Shown here in pieces: positions 8,871 to 19,081 of a stretch of 64,000 bases of DNA. This DNA is from a bacterium (GTDB lineage Bacteria > UBA8248 > JACPRG01 > G963555815): NCBI GenBank assembly GCA_965218795.1, contig OZ244653.1, forward strand, positions 4,000,001 through 4,064,000, written 5' to 3'. The notes under the pieces were generated by a model. That model was given only the letters and a program-made list of their open reading frames with translations, had not been told where the DNA came from and ran no database searches. The first letter of the stretch is position 1. Each line of letters opens with the position of its first letter. Both the position numbers and the translations under genes were made by a program.

Positions 8871-9490
8871 GCCTGCCTCCGGTGTTAATTGGAACTTCTT
8901 GTGAATGATTTGAGAATCATAACACGGTGGATCCTGAGCGGCCCCATCGGATTGAGGTTGTGGAGCCGCTCCGCCAAGGGAGTCGTGGCCCCGGCCCTTT
9001 GCAACCTCCCTGTTTGATGATGGAATTGCTCCGCCCCAGGCCAAAGGTTAAGATGGCCGTCGGGGGGGGTCCATAGGGATTCACACGTGCATATTCAAGA
9101 GCTTGCGGGAGCGCTTTCAGACCCCCTTGAAGGGAAGCGGGTTATGATCGACGCCGATGCTTTCTAGAAGCCGGCCGGCGCTGGGCCGTCCCTTTTCTGC
9201 TTTGCGGAGCGGATGGAAGCGTGGTCGAATCGCGGCTCGTGAGCCGCATCGGTGACACGTCAGACGCCGACAGGACGATTGATGAGGAATCGGCCGCCCG
9301 ATGGGGCCCCCGGGGCCCGGGACCCAGGGGGTTTTGAGTCATTTGCCGACAGCCGGGAAGCCCGGTGAGGTCCTCAACGATACGATGGAGTTCCTGTGGC
9401 GGGAAGGGCTGGTCTAACCGTTCCGGCCGGCGAACGATGAAGAAGGCACGACGGAAGACGCAATCCGGCCCGCTGGGCAGCGGTTATTCC

Positions 9491-10519
9491 ATGCGGTATG
9501 TTGCCTTTTTCTTTTCGCTCCTTCTCTGTAGTCCGGGTCTGGGCGCGTCCGATACGCCCGAAAGAAAGAAAACCGGATTGGCCATGACGGCATTCATCTC
9601 TCACCCGGACTATGCGCTTCACGACCCCGGCGCCACGCATCCCGAACGCCCCGACCGCGTACGGGCGATCCTTTCTCGTTTGGAGAAGAGGGGCCTCCTG
9701 GAGAAGGTCTTGAGGATCGCCCCGGAACCGGCCGATGAGAAATGGATCAATCTCATTCATCCGCCCGAGCATGTTCGGCTCATCGAGCGGGCCGCGGCCG
9801 AAGCTCCCTCGGCGCTGGACCCGGACACGCGCCTCTCATCAGACAGCTTTCGCGTCGCCAAGCTCGCCGTGGGCGGGGCCCTGGCCGCTGTGGATGCCGT
9901 TATGGGGGGAAAGGCGAAGAACGCCTTCGCCGCTGTCCGTCCTCCAGGGCATCACGCCCTCGAGGCGCGCGCCATGGGTTTCTGCCTCTTCAACAATGTC
10001 GCCATCGCCGCCCGCTACCTGCAGGAAAAATACGGGCTGACACGGGTCCTCATCGTCGATTGGGACGTTCACCACGGTAACGGGACGCAGGACCTCTTCT
10101 ATGCGGACCCCTCGGTTCTCTTCTTCAGTACGCATCAATACCCCTTTTACCCAGGGACGGGTTCCGCCGAGGAGACCGGAGAGGGTGAGGGAAAAGGGCT
10201 CACGATAAACGCTCCCATGCCCGCGATGGCGGGGAATCAGGAGGTCGTCCGCGCCTTTCGCGATAGGCTCGGGCCGGCGGCCGAATCGTTCCAACCCGAG
10301 TTCGTCCTCATCTCGGCGGGCTTCGACGGACATCAGCGCGATCCGCTGGCCCAGCTTCAGCTCACCGAAGAGGGATTTGCCGACCTGACCCGAATCGTGA
10401 TGGACATTGCGGAGAAGCACGCGGGAGGCCGGATCGTCTCTCTCCTGGAAGGCGGTTACGACCTGGAAGGGCTCGCACGATCGGTCGAAGCGCACCTCAG
10501 GGCCCTGGGGGGTTTGTAG
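9491..10519 (+). CDS. Histone deacetylase-family amidohydrolase
   Basis: HPERPDR, RPPGHHA, GFCLFNN, DWDVHHGNGTQ, SAGFD, LEGGY; start uncertain (9491 or 9584). Confidence 0.93.
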   Translation: MRYVAFFFSLLLCSPGLGASDTPERKKTGLAMTAFISHPDYALHDPGATHPERPDRVRAILSRLEKRGLLEKVLRIAPEPADEKWINLIHPPEHVRLIERAAAEAPSALDPDTRLSSDSFRVAKLAVGGALAAVDAVMGGKAKNAFAAVRPPGHHALEARAMGFCLFNNVAIAARYLQEKYGLTRVLIVDWDVHHGNGTQDLFYADPSVLFFSTHQYPFYPGTGSAEETGEGEGKGLTINAPMPAMAGNQEVVRAFRDRLGPAAESFQPEFVLISAGFDGHQRDPLAQLQLTEEGFADLTRIVMDIAEKHAGGRIVSLLEGGYDLEGLARSVEAHLRALGGL

Positions 10520-10779
10520 CGGGTAGGAGGGGGTCTATATCCAGTCGGTGACTTGCCTCCTGCGGACCGGCCGACACACGTACGAATCATCCTCAAGAAG
10601 TCCACGGCTGCAACCAACCGAATCGGTTCGATCCGGTTGGTTCCCAAAACCTCTTTTCAGCCACCATCCGCTTCTGGTCGTCCTGGCAAACCGGCCGATA
10701 TGCCTGGCCCGGGGGCCATCTCGAAGCCCGCTTCGGGGAGGAGGCCGGTTGACGCAAATCGGGTCCGGTTCTCCCCGGT

Positions 10780-11937
10780 CTATTGTTTTGCCGGGGTGAA
10801 GATCTCGACGGAACGAAGGACCTCCTGATCGTCCGTCCCTCCAACGACGAGCACCCTTCCGTCATTCAAGAGGGTCGCCGTGAACAGCCGCCGGGCCCGG
10901 CGAAGTCTCGCGGGGGATAGAGAAAAGCGGCCCGTCCGGGGATCGAAGATCTCCGCGCTGCGAAGCGTTTCGTCCAGCCCGCGGCCCCCGACCAGGAGGA
11001 CCGATCCGTCCGCAAGACGGACAGCGGCGTGTTGCTGTCTGGGGTGGACGAGAGGTCCGGCGGTGGGTTCGAAGGATTCCGTTCTCGGGTCAAACACCTC
11101 GGACGTTCCAAGGACCTTGTCGTTCCAGCCACCGGCGATGAGGACGCGCCCGTCGGGCAGGAGCGTGGCGGTGTGCCGCCTGCGGCGATCCCGGACCGGG
11201 GCGCCGGGCGGACGGAAGACACCCTTTTCGGGGTCGTAGATCTCCGCCTGCCGGGCCTCGGGATTCCCCCCGACAATGAGAACCCGCCCGTCTTGTAAGC
11301 GTGTCGCTGTGTGCTGCTCCCGGGCAAACAGCATCCTTCGCCCGGGCGCAAACCGATCTTCCTTCGGGAGGTAACGTTCCGTGAAGGGAACCCTTCCACG
11401 TCCATCATTGCCTCCGGTGATGAGGACGGTGCCGTCGGACAGGGATGTCGCGGTATGGTCAAACCGCGGGGTAGACAGCTCCCCGCGTGTCGGATGGAGT
11501 GTGTTCTTCTTCTGAAGATAAAGCGCGCCGTTGGACAATGACGTGGTGGCGTTCAGCCAACCGCCCGTGTATAGGGCCCGGCCATCGGGCAGCAGGGCCG
11601 CCGCTCCCCAGCCCGACGTCTTGGGAAGGCGCGCCGAAACCAGCCCGAACGCTTCCTTGGAAGGCGCGAAGCGTTCGACGGACGCCAATGGCCGGCTCTT
11701 CGTCAGACCCCCGAAGATGAGGACAGACCCATCCTTCAGCCTGAGCGCCGCGTGTCCGTGCCGCTCGATATGCAGACGGTCTGTCTTTGAAAACCCGCCA
11801 TCCTGGCCGCAGGCTGCCAGAGAAATGCAGAAGACCGGCAGGAGCAGGAAGACCCGCCGCCGGGAAATCAATGAGAATATGCGATTTCTCTCCCCCAAGC
11901 GGCTTTGTTCGTCTTCGGAATGGATCGGTTTACACAT
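10780..11937 (-). CDS. Kelch-repeat beta-propeller lipoprotein
   Basis: About seven RxxHTATxLxDGRVLxxGG repeats; lipobox LAAC. Confidence 0.88.
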   Translation of the reverse strand: MCKPIHSEDEQSRLGERNRIFSLISRRRVFLLLPVFCISLAACGQDGGFSKTDRLHIERHGHAALRLKDGSVLIFGGLTKSRPLASVERFAPSKEAFGLVSARLPKTSGWGAAALLPDGRALYTGGWLNATTSLSNGALYLQKKNTLHPTRGELSTPRFDHTATSLSDGTVLITGGNDGRGRVPFTERYLPKEDRFAPGRRMLFAREQHTATRLQDGRVLIVGGNPEARQAEIYDPEKGVFRPPGAPVRDRRRRHTATLLPDGRVLIAGGWNDKVLGTSEVFDPRTESFEPTAGPLVHPRQQHAAVRLADGSVLLVGGRGLDETLRSAEIFDPRTGRFSLSPARLRRARRLFTATLLNDGRVLVVGGTDDQEVLRSVEIFTPAKQ

Positions 11938-12459
11938 ACCAGAGCCTGATCTCCATCGGATGAATGATTCTCCTGGATATTCCGTCCTTGAGGGGCGAAA
12001 ATAACATATGTATGAGGTGGCGTCCCGTCATAAGACTGTTCCCGAAGAAAATCCGGTTTGGATTGATCGCTAATCGCACTCTTAGTGCCGGGGCAGGTTT
12101 TCCCGCAAGGCGATTGAAGACGGGAGCCTCGTGCCCCAATGCCTCGAGCGGGAGTGGCGGTTGCTGTCCTGGGAGATGGGATCTACGTCATCGGAGGCTT
12201 GGCGCGGCACGGGTTGGACGCCGCCGCTTGGAAGAGTCGAATCTATGTGATCAGCGGCGGGCCGAAACCGGGCGGATCCTAACAGCGGCGCGAATGAATC
12301 CTTCTCACCCACGAAGGGGTCTAATCCGTGAATTCCGTCCGCCGACCGGGACGAGGGAATTATTCGAGTAGCGGGCCGTTGAAGAGATTATAAACTTCGA
12401 CGGTGATATCGGTCCTGAGCCGGTCGGTACCCTGCTTGAATCTTGATGGAGATGATATT

Positions 12460-13065
12460 TTGAAATCCTTGATTCGCTCTATTGGGGGAAGTGTGCTCGC
12501 CTTGATGTTGGCGGCCACCCTCGGGGCTTCCAATGCCTCGGCCGATGGATCCGAGAAAAAACGGTTTTCGGACCTCCAGGTCGTCCGGTTTGCGAAGCCC
12601 GTAACCGCTCCGGATTTCAGGTTGCAGAAGGTGACGGGCGACGAAGTCTCTTTCTCACAGTTCAAGGGCAAGGTCGTTCTGGTGAACTTCTGGACCACTT
12701 GGTGACCGTTTTGCCTGCGGGAGCGGCCGGCTCTCGAAGCGCTTTACAAAAAATATGGCGGCAAGGGTCTGGAAGTCGTCGGGATCGCCATGGACCGGAA
12801 GGGTAAGTCCGCGGTCGGGCCCTTTTTGAAGAATCACCCGGCCTCGTTCACCGTATTGCTGGACCCGGATCTCCGGGTGTCCGGGATGTTTTCGGTGCGC
12901 GGCACTCCCACGAACTTCCTCTTCAACCGGAAGGGAGAGGCGATCGGAGGCGCGGTCGGTTTTCGGGATTGGTCCAGCAAAGAGGCTCACGCGCTGATCG
13001 AGGGGCTGTTGAAAGCGGATGGCCCCGTCCGATCCTTGCGGGGCGAGAAAGCAGGGCGGCAATGA
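12460..13065 (+). CDS. TlpA/ResA-family thiol-disulfide oxidoreductase selenoprotein (UPFC)
   Basis: KGKVVLVNFWTTW-TGA-PFCLRE continues in frame to VRGTPT; TTG start with GGAG RBS, signal peptide, SECIS-like hairpin, upstream of ccdA. Confidence 0.9.
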
Positions 13066-13106
13066 ATGCCGGGCAGACCGATTGATTGGATGAAAGGTCA
13101 TCCGGA

Positions 13107-13859
13107 ATGGAAGCGGGCATCAGCATTTCGTTCTTCGTAGCGTTCGCGGGCGGGGTGTTTTCCTTTCTCTCGCCCTGCATCCTGCCGCTGATCCCTTCGT
13201 ATCTCTCGGTTGTTTCCGGTGTTTCCTATGAAGAACTGAGCGGCGCGGGAACGCGTGACTGGCGTCTCAGAAAAAAGATCCTCCTGAGCGCACTGCTTTT
13301 TGTGGCCGGATTTTCCATGATCTTCATCCTGCTGGGCGCCTCCATCAGCGTGTTGACTGAAAACCTCATGGGTGTCCGCAGCCAGCTGAATACCATCGGC
13401 GGCATTCTCATCGTTTTCTTCGGGCTTTTTCTCACCGGATTGCTGAACATTGGATTTTTGAAACGGTATTTCCAGCCACTGGAAAGGAAGGTTGGGACCC
13501 GGGCGGTGGGATATGCCGGCGCCTTTCTGGTGGGATTGTCGTTCGGGATCGGCTGGACGCCGTGCGTCGGCCCGACCCTCGGGGCCATCCTCACGCTCGC
13601 TGCGGTCGAAAGCGGAAAGGGGACTCCCCTGTTGCTGATTTATTCGGCGGGTCTTGCCTTGCCGTTTCTTTTGGCGGCCATCGCATTCAACGGTTTCCTG
13701 GGGTTCTTTCAGCGCTTCAAACGACTGCTGCCCGCCGCGCAAAAGGCCGGGGGGGTCGTCCTCGTTCTCATGGGCGTTCTGCTTCTGACCGGACAGCTCA
13801 CGGTCCTGAATACCTACGCCTTGAGCTTCACGCCCGAGTGGCTGATCAAGTTGCTGTAA
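13107..13859 (+). CDS. ccdA: Cytochrome c biogenesis protein CcdA
   Basis: SFLSPCILPLIP and GWTPCVGPTLG motifs, multi-TM. Confidence 0.93.
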   Translation: MEAGISISFFVAFAGGVFSFLSPCILPLIPSYLSVVSGVSYEELSGAGTRDWRLRKKILLSALLFVAGFSMIFILLGASISVLTENLMGVRSQLNTIGGILIVFFGLFLTGLLNIGFLKRYFQPLERKVGTRAVGYAGAFLVGLSFGIGWTPCVGPTLGAILTLAAVESGKGTPLLLIYSAGLALPFLLAAIAFNGFLGFFQRFKRLLPAAQKAGGVVLVLMGVLLLTGQLTVLNTYALSFTPEWLIKLL

Positions 13860-14009
13860 CCGCCTCATTGCCGGTTCTTGCACAAGCCGGTTTTCTCGAA
13901 TTTTCCATTTTACCGCCGTTGGCGATAAGATCTCACAATTTTCTGGATGATCCAGGGGGCGGGGTGCTGTTCCGCCTTGAGCGAATCCAACAACAGGGAG
14001 GCAAGAAGC

Positions 14010-14471
14010 ATGGTTGACCGGAAGAACATCACCATTCCCGAAGTCGTTGACATGTACAAAGCGTCGGTCCAGACCGTCGCGCCGCACTTCGGGTTCGGCA
14101 ATGAGGTGGGCATCGGCCACGCGGTGGTCACGGAAGGGGGAAAGACCCTCCGCATGTCGGGGTATCCGGCCATTTCGACCGATGGGATTGTCGGAAAGGA
14201 GGGGGACATGGGGGCCCAGATGACCCAGGCGCTCGAGAACGTGCGCATGACGGTGGAAGAGGCGGGCGCCACCGTCGATGACATCGTACATTATCTTTTC
14301 TACTTCACCGACCGGGAGCAGTTCTGGAACCGGGGGGTCCCGTCGCGGGCCGCGTTCTTCAGCAAATATTCCAAGACGAAAGAACTGCCCTGCGTGACCT
14401 CCATCATGGTGGCGGGTCTGATGACGCCCGACATGATGATTGAAGTGGAGGCCACCGCCGTCTTCGACTGA
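14010..14471 (+). CDS. RidA/YjgF family protein
   Basis: AQMTQALENV...IEVEATA. Confidence 0.85.
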   Translation: MVDRKNITIPEVVDMYKASVQTVAPHFGFGNEVGIGHAVVTEGGKTLRMSGYPAISTDGIVGKEGDMGAQMTQALENVRMTVEEAGATVDDIVHYLFYFTDREQFWNRGVPSRAAFFSKYSKTKELPCVTSIMVAGLMTPDMMIEVEATAVFD

Positions 14472-14503
14472 CCGGGGGAGAACCCTCAGGGGTTCCCTCT
14501 GCC

Positions 14504-16846
14504 CTACTCGAAGTTCTTGTTCTCGATGGTGCCGAGCACGCGCTCCGGTCGGAAGGGGATGGCCCGGATCTGGATCCCGATCGCGTCGTAGATGGCGCTC
14601 GCGATGCAGGGCGCCGTGGGGGCCAGGCCGGGTTCGCCCACCCCCTTGGCGCCCCAGGGGCCTTCTGGATGGGGCTCCTCGACCACCATGGGGACCATGC
14701 TCGGAAGGTCCAGCATGCACGGGATCTTGTAATCCATCAGGGTGGGGTTCACCACGACCCCGTCTTCGAGAACCATTTCCTCGAACAGGGATTGGCCGAT
14801 TCCCTGGCCGAGGGCCCCCTCGATCTGCCCCGTGCACCCTTTCAGATTGATTGCCTTGCCCACGTCGTGCGCGGCGGTCAGGTTGAGGAGAGTCACCTGC
14901 CCGGTGGTCTCGTCGATCTCGACCTCGGCGCCCTGGGCGGCGAACATCCAGAACGCGCCCGGCTGTCTTCCCTGCCCGGTTTCAGGGTCGAGGCCCGTCT
15001 GCTCGATCGGGGTGAAATGTCCCGTGCCCAGAATGGGCCCTCCCACGAACCGGCCATCGGGACCGGGCACGCCCATGGCGCAGTCTTCAAAGGAAACGGA
15101 GCGCTCCTGCGAGCCTTTGACGAACACCTGTCCGTCCCTCGTCTCCAGATCCGCCGGGTCGGCTTCGAGTTTGAGCGCGGCGACCTCGAAGAGCTGCCGC
15201 TTGCAGTCCGCGGCGGCATCCTGAATGGCGTTTCCGTCGTAATAAATCGACTTGCTGGACGAGGTTTCCCAGCCGTAGGGGCTGACGCCCGTGTCGGGGT
15301 GGGCGATACCGATCCGGTCCGGGCTGATCCCCAGGGCTTCCCCCGCCATCTGCCGCAGGGCGGTATGCGCGCCCTGTCCGTGCTCCACGGAGCTCGTGAG
15401 CAGGACGGCGCTGCCGTCTTCATTGATCTTGAGACCGGCGGAGACGTGAGCGTAGCCATTGGTGAACTTCCACATGCAGGAAACACCCCGCCCGCGCCGT
15501 TTTCCCTCGGGGGCCGGCTCGAGGGGCTCGAGGTGCAAGGCATCGTGGGCCTTTTGGATGCATTCCTTGAGTCCGCAGCCCTTGAGGACCTGTCCCGTCG
15601 CAGTATGGTCGCCGGTCTCCACGCCGTTTCTCATGCGCAGCTCCATCGGATCCATCCCGAGTTCGCGTGCAATGGCGTCGAGCTGCCCTTCGTACGCGAA
15701 ACAGGTCTCTGGCACGCCGAATCCCCGATAAGCCCCCGCCACGGGCTTGTTGGTGTACACGCAGTAGGAGTCGATCCACACGTTGGGGATCCGGTAAGGG
15801 CCGATGGAGGCGATGCCCGCGGCCCGCGAGACCAGGATCTCATAATCGCCGTAGGCCCCCGTATCCCATACGAGCCGAAGTTTTCGGGCGACGAATTCGC
15901 CGTCGTTCATGACGCCGGTTTTGATTTCGGTGGTCATGGGCTGGCGGACGAAGGTCGAAATGAACTCCTCGTCCCGCGTCATTTCCAGCCGGACGGGGCG
16001 GCAGTCCGTCTTCAGCGCGAGCGACCCGGCCAGGCCTTCCGTGAGCCCGCTGATCTTCCCGCCGAACGCACCGCCGACGTACATCGTGATGATCCGGACG
16101 TCGCTCTGGGGGAGCTTCAGCCCTCTCGCCACGTGTTCTCGGGCAAGGTAGAGCCCTTGGGTGCTGCTCCAGACGTTCAGTTTCTTCTGAGCGTTGAATT
16201 CCGCGATGCAGACGTGGGGCTCCATGCAGACGTGCTGGACCATGGGGATATCATAGGTCCCCTCGAAGATGCGGTCCGCTTTGCTGAACCCTTTCTCGAC
16301 GTCCCCTTTGCGGACGCGGGTGAGGTTGGCGATGTTTGTGCCCGGCTGCTTGACCAGGACATGGTCGTTGAAATGGTAATCGGCCAAATCGGGATGGATG
16401 AGAACCGCATCGGGCTTCATCGCCTCTTCCGGATCGAAGATGGCCGGGAGATCCTCGTATTCCACTTCAATGAGTTCGATCGCCTCTTGCGCCGTGTCCT
16501 CGTCGACTGCGGCAACACCCGCGACGGCCTCTCCTACGAATCGGACCCGGTCCATGCCGTAGATGGTCTGGTCCGCAAGGTGGGCGCCCCATTGGGAATC
16601 CGGATAGTCCTTCCCCGTGACGACGGCGTGAACCCCGCTCAGTCGCTCGGCCTTTTCAGTATTGATATTTCGGATGAGGGCGTGTGCCTTGGGGCTCCGG
16701 AGGATTTTCCCGTGGAGCATGCCGGGAAGGCTTACGTCCGTCCCGTAGGTGGCCAGCCCTCTGGCTTTTTCGTACCCGTCGCCCCTCTCGTAGGAAGCGC
16801 CAAGATAGTTGAATCGGGCTGCTTCTTGGCCGATTGCCTCGCTCAT
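14504..16846 (-). CDS. Xanthine dehydrogenase-family molybdopterin-binding subunit
   Basis: VGGAFGGK, AYRGFG, EHGQG, GQIEGA, AKGVGEP. Confidence 0.95.
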   Translation of the reverse strand: MSEAIGQEAARFNYLGASYERGDGYEKARGLATYGTDVSLPGMLHGKILRSPKAHALIRNINTEKAERLSGVHAVVTGKDYPDSQWGAHLADQTIYGMDRVRFVGEAVAGVAAVDEDTAQEAIELIEVEYEDLPAIFDPEEAMKPDAVLIHPDLADYHFNDHVLVKQPGTNIANLTRVRKGDVEKGFSKADRIFEGTYDIPMVQHVCMEPHVCIAEFNAQKKLNVWSSTQGLYLAREHVARGLKLPQSDVRIITMYVGGAFGGKISGLTEGLAGSLALKTDCRPVRLEMTRDEEFISTFVRQPMTTEIKTGVMNDGEFVARKLRLVWDTGAYGDYEILVSRAAGIASIGPYRIPNVWIDSYCVYTNKPVAGAYRGFGVPETCFAYEGQLDAIARELGMDPMELRMRNGVETGDHTATGQVLKGCGLKECIQKAHDALHLEPLEPAPEGKRRGRGVSCMWKFTNGYAHVSAGLKINEDGSAVLLTSSVEHGQGAHTALRQMAGEALGISPDRIGIAHPDTGVSPYGWETSSSKSIYYDGNAIQDAAADCKRQLFEVAALKLEADPADLETRDGQVFVKGSQERSVSFEDCAMGVPGPDGRFVGGPILGTGHFTPIEQTGLDPETGQGRQPGAFWMFAAQGAEVEIDETTGQVTLLNLTAAHDVGKAINLKGCTGQIEGALGQGIGQSLFEEMVLEDGVVVNPTLMDYKIPCMLDLPSMVPMVVEEPHPEGPWGAKGVGEPGLAPTAPCIASAIYDAIGIQIRAIPFRPERVLGTIENKNFE

Positions 16847-17229
16847 TCCGGTTGCCCTTTCAAAGGTGGATGACAGGAGCCCTCGTCGCTCCAGGATTTT
16901 TCACGTGGAAGGGGATCGTACAGTGCTCAATAGAATACTCATGCGTGCCTTTTCCCGCAAGACAAAATCTTCTTTGCCGCCGGGTCACGGGATCGGATTC
17001 CGGGTGCCCGGCCGGCGCCCGAATGGGCCACGGATAGACTTCCGGGAAGCCTTCCAGTATACAGAGAAGTACCGCATTGTATGAGATCGTCTTGAAACAT
17101 CCTGCGCGGCGGATGCGGCCCCCCTCCCCCCTTGAGCCGTAGCCCCGATTTGAGCGTAGTGGAAATCGGGGGCTGAGGGCTGGGGTAGGGGGTTGTGTCT
17201 CCAGCCGAGCGACGGGAGGAGGAAACCTC

Positions 17230-18603
17230 ATGCCTTTTGATGACCCGCGTGATTTTTGTGGATTTCTGGAAGAGAGAAAGGAGCTCATCCGAATTCAGGA
17301 CGAGGTGGATCCCGCCTACGAAGTGGGGTCTTACATTCGCAAGACCTCGGACCAACAGGGCCCCGCTCTTCTGTTCGAGAACGTCAAGGGCTCGGACTTG
17401 ACGATGGTGGGCGGGGTCTTCGCGAGCCGAAGGCGGATCCTCCTGGCCCTGGAGGCCGATCCGGACAGCATGTACGAGAGTGTCGGGGAAGGTCTGGAAA
17501 ATCTCTTGCCCCCCCGCCTTGTGGACACGGGCCCCTGCAAGGAGGTCATTCTGAAAGGGGACGAGGTGGACCTCGGCCAGCTCCCCATTCCGACCTACTC
17601 CGAGCAGGACGGCGGCGCCTTTGTCACCCATGGGATCCAAATCAGCAAAGACCCGGAGGACGGTACGAAAAACGCCTCCATCTACCGGATGCACCACAGC
17701 AGCAAGCGGGAGTTCTCCATCCATGCGGAAAAACATCATCACTTGACCCTCCAGCACAACAAGGCGAGGGCCAAGGGCGAGCCGCTGGAAGTAGCCGTCG
17801 CAATGGGGTGCGAGCCGGCGGTCATGCTGGCGACCCAGGTGGGCGCCCCATACGGTGTGGACGAAATCGAGATAGCGGGCGGCCTTCGGGGCAAGCCCGT
17901 GGACGTGGTCAAGTGCGAAACGGTCGATCTGGAAGTCCCCGCGACGACGGAGATCGTTTTCGAGGGCCTCCTCCATCCCGAGCGCCGGGAGGATCACGGT
18001 CCCTTCGGCGAGTACAGCGGTTATTACGGGGATATCACCCACTCACCCATGATGGAGGTGACCGCCATCACCCATCGGCGTCACCCCGTCTATCACGCCG
18101 GCCTGACCGGGATGCCGATGACGGAGAACCATTTCCTGAAGCAGATCCCCCACGAGGTCACGATGTATCAGGACCTGAAAAGGAACTTTCCGGGGGTTCA
18201 GAAGGTTCACTACACCGCGGCGGGGTGCGTGGATTTCATGGTCTTCATCAGCATGAAGCGCCAGACCTTTCCGGCGGAGGCCCGGGGGGTGATCCTGGCG
18301 GCGATGGCGAGTCCGAAGCGTCCGAAGTTCGTGGTCGTCGTAGATGACGATATCGATATCTTCGAACACGTCCAGGTCTTGTGGGCGATCTCAACGAGGG
18401 TCCGGCCCGCGGATGATGTGATCATCGTCCCGGGCTACAACACGCCCGCCCTGGATCCGTCCTATCCGCAGCAGGAGATCGGATCGGCCATGGGGATCGA
18501 CGCCACGCGCCCCTTCGGCAAGCCTTTCGCGGACGTCCCCGCCTTCCGGGGGATGGACAAGATTCCGGACCTCCTCGCCCTGATGCGCGAAGCGGGCTCA
18601 TGA
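17230..18603 (+). CDS. UbiD-family decarboxylase
   Basis: GPALLFENV, NASIYR, EVPATTEIVFEG, GPFGEYSGYY, VVVDDDIDI, MGIDAT. Confidence 0.93.
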   Translation: MPFDDPRDFCGFLEERKELIRIQDEVDPAYEVGSYIRKTSDQQGPALLFENVKGSDLTMVGGVFASRRRILLALEADPDSMYESVGEGLENLLPPRLVDTGPCKEVILKGDEVDLGQLPIPTYSEQDGGAFVTHGIQISKDPEDGTKNASIYRMHHSSKREFSIHAEKHHHLTLQHNKARAKGEPLEVAVAMGCEPAVMLATQVGAPYGVDEIEIAGGLRGKPVDVVKCETVDLEVPATTEIVFEGLLHPERREDHGPFGEYSGYYGDITHSPMMEVTAITHRRHPVYHAGLTGMPMTENHFLKQIPHEVTMYQDLKRNFPGVQKVHYTAAGCVDFMVFISMKRQTFPAEARGVILAAMASPKRPKFVVVVDDDIDIFEHVQVLWAISTRVRPADDVIIVPGYNTPALDPSYPQQEIGSAMGIDATRPFGKPFADVPAFRGMDKIPDLLALMREAGS

Positions 18604-18758
18604 AAGGGTTCCGCCGTCAAAGCGGCGCTGGGAGAGAAGGCTCGGCAGATTCGGAATGATGGGCCTGTCCTCGGGTCGAACCATTCCGGCTCATCTTGAC
18701 AGAGGCATGGACGCTTTGGGCGCTTCACGCAGGGCCATACTCGGGGACAACACGAGCG

Positions 18759-18945
18759 ATGGCAGAAATGAACACCAAACTGACCACGGCGGTCGAGGCG
18801 TATTTTGCCGATCTGCGACGGGTACACGCATCGGGCGGCGCGACCGGGGAGCGGTCGAGCTATCCGGCGCTCGCGGGTCTGCTCAACGCCGTCGGCGCGG
18901 CGCTCAAGGACGACCTCGGCATCGCCGAGGGTCTGGTCTATACAG
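18759..18945 (+). pseudogene. N-terminal remnant of a large single-polypeptide (Type ISP/IIG-like) RM gene
   Basis: AVEAYFADLRRVHASGGATGERSSYPALAGLLNAVG is a typical N-terminus of these enzymes (recognised from memory). Confidence 0.6.
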
Positions 18946-19081
18946 CGCAGGCTACTGCGTTTAGACTTTTGCTTGGGACACTAACATGGTATGCAACGAT
19001 CCCACCTGAGATGAGTTGTTGAGCGTTGGTGCTAGATCGCCTGGTTTGGCTATTTCGGACATTAGGCCGCGAGAGAAATAG

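Noticed and set aside
10523-10580. GTAG-type REP-like sequence; similar degenerate palindrome at 17120-17195
   Set aside because: Single degenerate copies in this window.
10780-11937. Periodic DNA similarity in the Kelch gene
   Set aside because: Explained by protein repeats.
14669-16873. Long antisense ORFs (also 7470..8432, 13098..14837, 39553..40977, 42746..44467, 52442..54079) and same-strand off-frame ORFs such as 25383..27392
   Set aside because: Shadows of real GC-rich genes; no recognisable motifs.
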